A stretch of 40,000 nucleotides of DNA from Clostridia bacterium (GTDB lineage Bacteria; Bacillota; Clostridia; UMGS1840; HGM11507), in assembly GCA_017554615.1 (NCBI GenBank), contig JAFZHY010000022.1, positions 73,331-113,330 on the forward strand, read 5' to 3'. Shown here one piece after another: positions 37,139 to 40,000 of this stretch (position 1 is its first letter; the number at the start of each line of letters is the position of its first letter). The notes beneath the pieces were generated by a model that did not search any database, was not told the origin of the DNA, and saw only the letters and a program-made list of their open reading frames with translations. The translations under genes and the position numbers were made by a program.

Positions 37139-40000
37139 ATGAAAAACATTAAAAAAGTTTTATCAGTTATTTTATGTGTATCTCTACTGCTTTCAATGCA
37201 GGTTTTTGCATTGGAATTCAAAGATGTTACAAGTGATAACAAAAACAGCGAAGCGATTGACGTGTTATCATCTTTAGGTATCATCAAAGGTTATGAAGAC
37301 GGTGTGTTTATGCCTGAAAAAACTATTACAAGGGCTGAAATGACAACTCTTCTTATGAGACTTCTTAACTTAAGCATTTCAGGTACTTCTGTTTTAGACT
37401 CAGGTTATACAGATGTTGCCAATAACCACTGGGCAGTATACGATATAAAAACTGCAAGTACAATGAAGATTATAAACGGTTACGGCGGAGGTTTATTCGG
37501 TCCTGAAGATTCAGTTACATACGAACAGGCAGTTAAAATGGTTGTATGTATGTTGGGATATGAAATCCAGGCTTTAGATAAAGGTGGCTGGCCTGACGGA
37601 TATATTGCACAAGCCAGAGATTTAGGTATTCTAAAAGGTGCTCAGATGGCACAATCTGAACCAGCCCCTCGTGGCATTATTGCTCAGATTTTATACAACT
37701 CATTAGAAGTAGACCTTATGGCACAGAAAAACAGTTTGAATGATGAATCTAAATCTTATTATATAAATTATGGCCATAATCTTATGACTGATTATATGAG
37801 ACTTGAAAAAATTGAAGGTATGGTTACTGCCAACTCTAAAACAAGATTGGATAATTTAGAGAGTCAACTTTCAGATGATGAGATTGAAATTACACAAAAA
37901 GGCGTTGCAAATAGATATATCGTTGGTAATTTTTACGAAGCAAAAGATATGATTGGTTTGTCAATTATTGCATATGTTAAATATGATGACTACAATATCA
38001 ACAAAATTATTCAGCATATGATGCCTAAATCTAACATTGAAAAGATTGAAATTTCAACACAAGATGAGACAAAAGATATAGTTAGCTTTGATTCTTCTGA
38101 ATTAAGAGTTTTAAATGAAAATACAGGCAGAACAACAGACTATAAAATCAGTGATTCTGCTGTATACATGTATAACGGTAAATCTATTGATAAAGATTAT
38201 CTTTTTGAAGAAGACTTAGCGATTCCAGAGATCGGTTCTGTAACACTTGTTGGTTCAGGTTCAGAATATGATTACATTGAAATTGAAAGTTATAAAAACT
38301 ATGTTGTTAAATCTGTTGACAGCAGTGAATACTTAATTTATCTTGATAATTCAGTAGTGAATACTTCTGAGGCTACATTATATGTTCCTGTTGATAAAAC
38401 AATAGATTATTCTGTTTCAATTAAAAAGAATGATAAAGATATTGCTCTTTCAAGTATTAAAAAAGGCAATATAATTTCAGTTAAAAAAACTATTCCTGAA
38501 GAACAGGTTGGTATTCAGAATATCGAAGTATTAGTATCTGATAATAAAGCAACAGGTAAAATTACAGAAGAAGACGAATCTTATGTAAAAATTGAAAACA
38601 AAGAATATTCAATTTCTGCATCAATCAAAGGCACAGAACTTGGTTCAAAAATTGTCTATGGACAAAGCGGAACATTCTATTTAGATTCATTTGGTGAAAT
38701 AGCATATGCTGAGTTTACTGCCGGAGGAACATATAAATATGGATATGTAATCAATGCAGCCGGAGATGAAAGCGAAGCAAGTATTAAAATATTTGATTAT
38801 AATACAGGAACAGTAAAAATATTAGATTTCCACACTCGTGTTAAAATTAACGGAGGGGACTCTGAAACTGATTTTGAAAAAGTTCTTGCCGCTTTAGAAG
38901 AAGCCGCTTCAAAACTTGAAGATGCTTCAGGTACTCATCTTGATTATGCTCAGCCTATTAAGTATATTTTGAATAATCAGGGTAAAATTACTGACATTAT
39001 CACTGTGAAGTCAACAGATGATGAAACAATGCAGGGTATATTGCATAATGTTAACAGTGTATATTATTCAACAAATAAATACTTTGATGTAGATGATGAA
39101 GAAATCAGAATTGATGACTCTAAAACAGTTATTATTGAAGTACCTCTTAACAGATCTGATTCGAAAGGGTATGCAAAGCGTTCAGTATCTTACTTTAAAA
39201 ATAAGTATCCTTATGAAATTCATGCAATTGGAGAAACAGAATCCGGTTATGCAAGTATAATTCTTGCATATGAACCTAATGTTGACAAAGATGTTTATTA
39301 TAACACTCCAGCATATATCGTTAAAGATAAGAAAGTAGTTTCAGTTGATGGTGACGATAAAACAAGACTTACTTTGATTAACTTCCAGACAGGTGCTGAA
39401 TCAACAGCTTATTGTGCAAATGCTTCATATGTTAAAGATGTAGAAGTAGGGGATGTTATCAGATTCGGTAAAGAAACAAACGGGGATATTAATAAAAACG
39501 TTTATATTTATCTTGATATGAGCGAAGCAAAAGACGGAAATCATCCTAAAGTTGTAAGCAATAAGGGTGAATTGCCATCAAAAACTCCTGTTCGTAGCGT
39601 AGTAATGGATGATGATTATAAAGATCCATATAAAATTAAATCTATAAAAGAACTTTCTTCAGCTTATGCATATGTTTATGCAACACCATATACTGTTTCT
39701 GAAAATAGTTTTGAATTAACTGATTTAATTCCAGGTCATGCAGGATTTGCTACCGATGAAGATGAAGATGGAATTTTTGATAAACCAACATCAATAAGAA
39801 GTTTTGCTGCAAACTCCTCAACAATGTTCTATACTATCAATTCTTCAAATGAAATTACAGTTATAAAAGGCGTTTCAAGTGATGAAAATCCAATGGGACA
39901 GATCTTCTCTTACAAAGAGTATCCGGACTCTAATGATTATGTATATACATTTATAATAAATGATTCACTTAAAGCAGTTTACATTATTAAAGTAGATTAA
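37139..40000 (+). CDS. Large SLH-domain cell-surface protein (S-layer protein candidate)
   Basis: - Strong RBS aaggagg.
- Sec signal peptide (…MQVFA/LE).
- Three SLH repeats (FKDVTSDNKNSEAIDVLSSLGIIKGYEDGVFMP; YTDVANNHWAVYDIKTAS..INGYGGGLFGP; GGWPDGYIAQARDLGILKG).
- About 750 aa of beta-rich sequence follow, without motifs I recognise.
- The stop codon is exactly at the window end. Confidence 0.85.
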   Translation: MKNIKKVLSVILCVSLLLSMQVFALEFKDVTSDNKNSEAIDVLSSLGIIKGYEDGVFMPEKTITRAEMTTLLMRLLNLSISGTSVLDSGYTDVANNHWAVYDIKTASTMKIINGYGGGLFGPEDSVTYEQAVKMVVCMLGYEIQALDKGGWPDGYIAQARDLGILKGAQMAQSEPAPRGIIAQILYNSLEVDLMAQKNSLNDESKSYYINYGHNLMTDYMRLEKIEGMVTANSKTRLDNLESQLSDDEIEITQKGVANRYIVGNFYEAKDMIGLSIIAYVKYDDYNINKIIQHMMPKSNIEKIEISTQDETKDIVSFDSSELRVLNENTGRTTDYKISDSAVYMYNGKSIDKDYLFEEDLAIPEIGSVTLVGSGSEYDYIEIESYKNYVVKSVDSSEYLIYLDNSVVNTSEATLYVPVDKTIDYSVSIKKNDKDIALSSIKKGNIISVKKTIPEEQVGIQNIEVLVSDNKATGKITEEDESYVKIENKEYSISASIKGTELGSKIVYGQSGTFYLDSFGEIAYAEFTAGGTYKYGYVINAAGDESEASIKIFDYNTGTVKILDFHTRVKINGGDSETDFEKVLAALEEAASKLEDASGTHLDYAQPIKYILNNQGKITDIITVKSTDDETMQGILHNVNSVYYSTNKYFDVDDEEIRIDDSKTVIIEVPLNRSDSKGYAKRSVSYFKNKYPYEIHAIGETESGYASIILAYEPNVDKDVYYNTPAYIVKDKKVVSVDGDDKTRLTLINFQTGAESTAYCANASYVKDVEVGDVIRFGKETNGDINKNVYIYLDMSEAKDGNHPKVVSNKGELPSKTPVRSVVMDDDYKDPYKIKSIKELSSAYAYVYATPYTVSENSFELTDLIPGHAGFATDEDEDGIFDKPTSIRSFAANSSTMFYTINSSNEITVIKGVSSDENPMGQIFSYKEYPDSNDYVYTFIINDSLKAVYIIKVD

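Noticed and set aside
1-40000. Search for CRISPR arrays, tRNA/rRNA genes, IS elements, integrases and prophage boundaries
   Set aside because: I found none by eye. There are no regularly spaced direct repeats, no tRNA-like GTTCGAATC-type T-arm motifs, and no transposase or integrase translation among the ORFs. A computational repeat scan could still reveal short repeats that I missed.

Overview
AT-rich, Firmicutes/Clostridia-like chromosomal segment. Every credible gene lies on the + strand. All minus-strand ORFs in the track look like antisense shadows.

Most of the window is housekeeping, in this order:
- ligA 3' end and a polar amino-acid ABC importer
- recD2-comFC and secG-rnr
- a SAM methyltransferase, then ecfA1-ecfA2-ecfT-truA
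- cvpA, corA, rho, rqcH and pncB
- an Lrp-type regulator with an aminotransferase, then trmL
- pgk-tpiA-gpmI
- a long-form SRP RNA invisible to the ORF track, followed by dnaX-ybaB-recR
- a DnaD-domain protein with a DnaC/DnaI-like loader
- a 953-aa SLH cell-surface protein

The one accessory-looking block is about 3.1-9.2 kb. A near-consensus promoter drives a tightly packed run of six genes: an SLH-domain protein, a polytopic membrane protein, an HPr-kinase-like P-loop protein, a PqqD-family (RRE-type) protein, an S24/S26 (SipW-like) peptidase without an N-terminal anchor, and a half-size ABC exporter. This looks like a peptide or protein maturation-and-export cassette. It has no recognisable core-modifying enzyme (no lasso cyclase, no radical SAM enzyme) and no visible precursor gene. 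It is my best candidate for an undescribed system.

The second notable item is the ABC importer's lipoprotein. It appears to be a circularly permuted type-II substrate-binding protein, with the C-terminal half-domain placed before the N-terminal half-domain.

No CRISPR array, tRNA, rRNA, transposase or integrase was recognised. All homology statements come from reading motifs by eye, not from searches.
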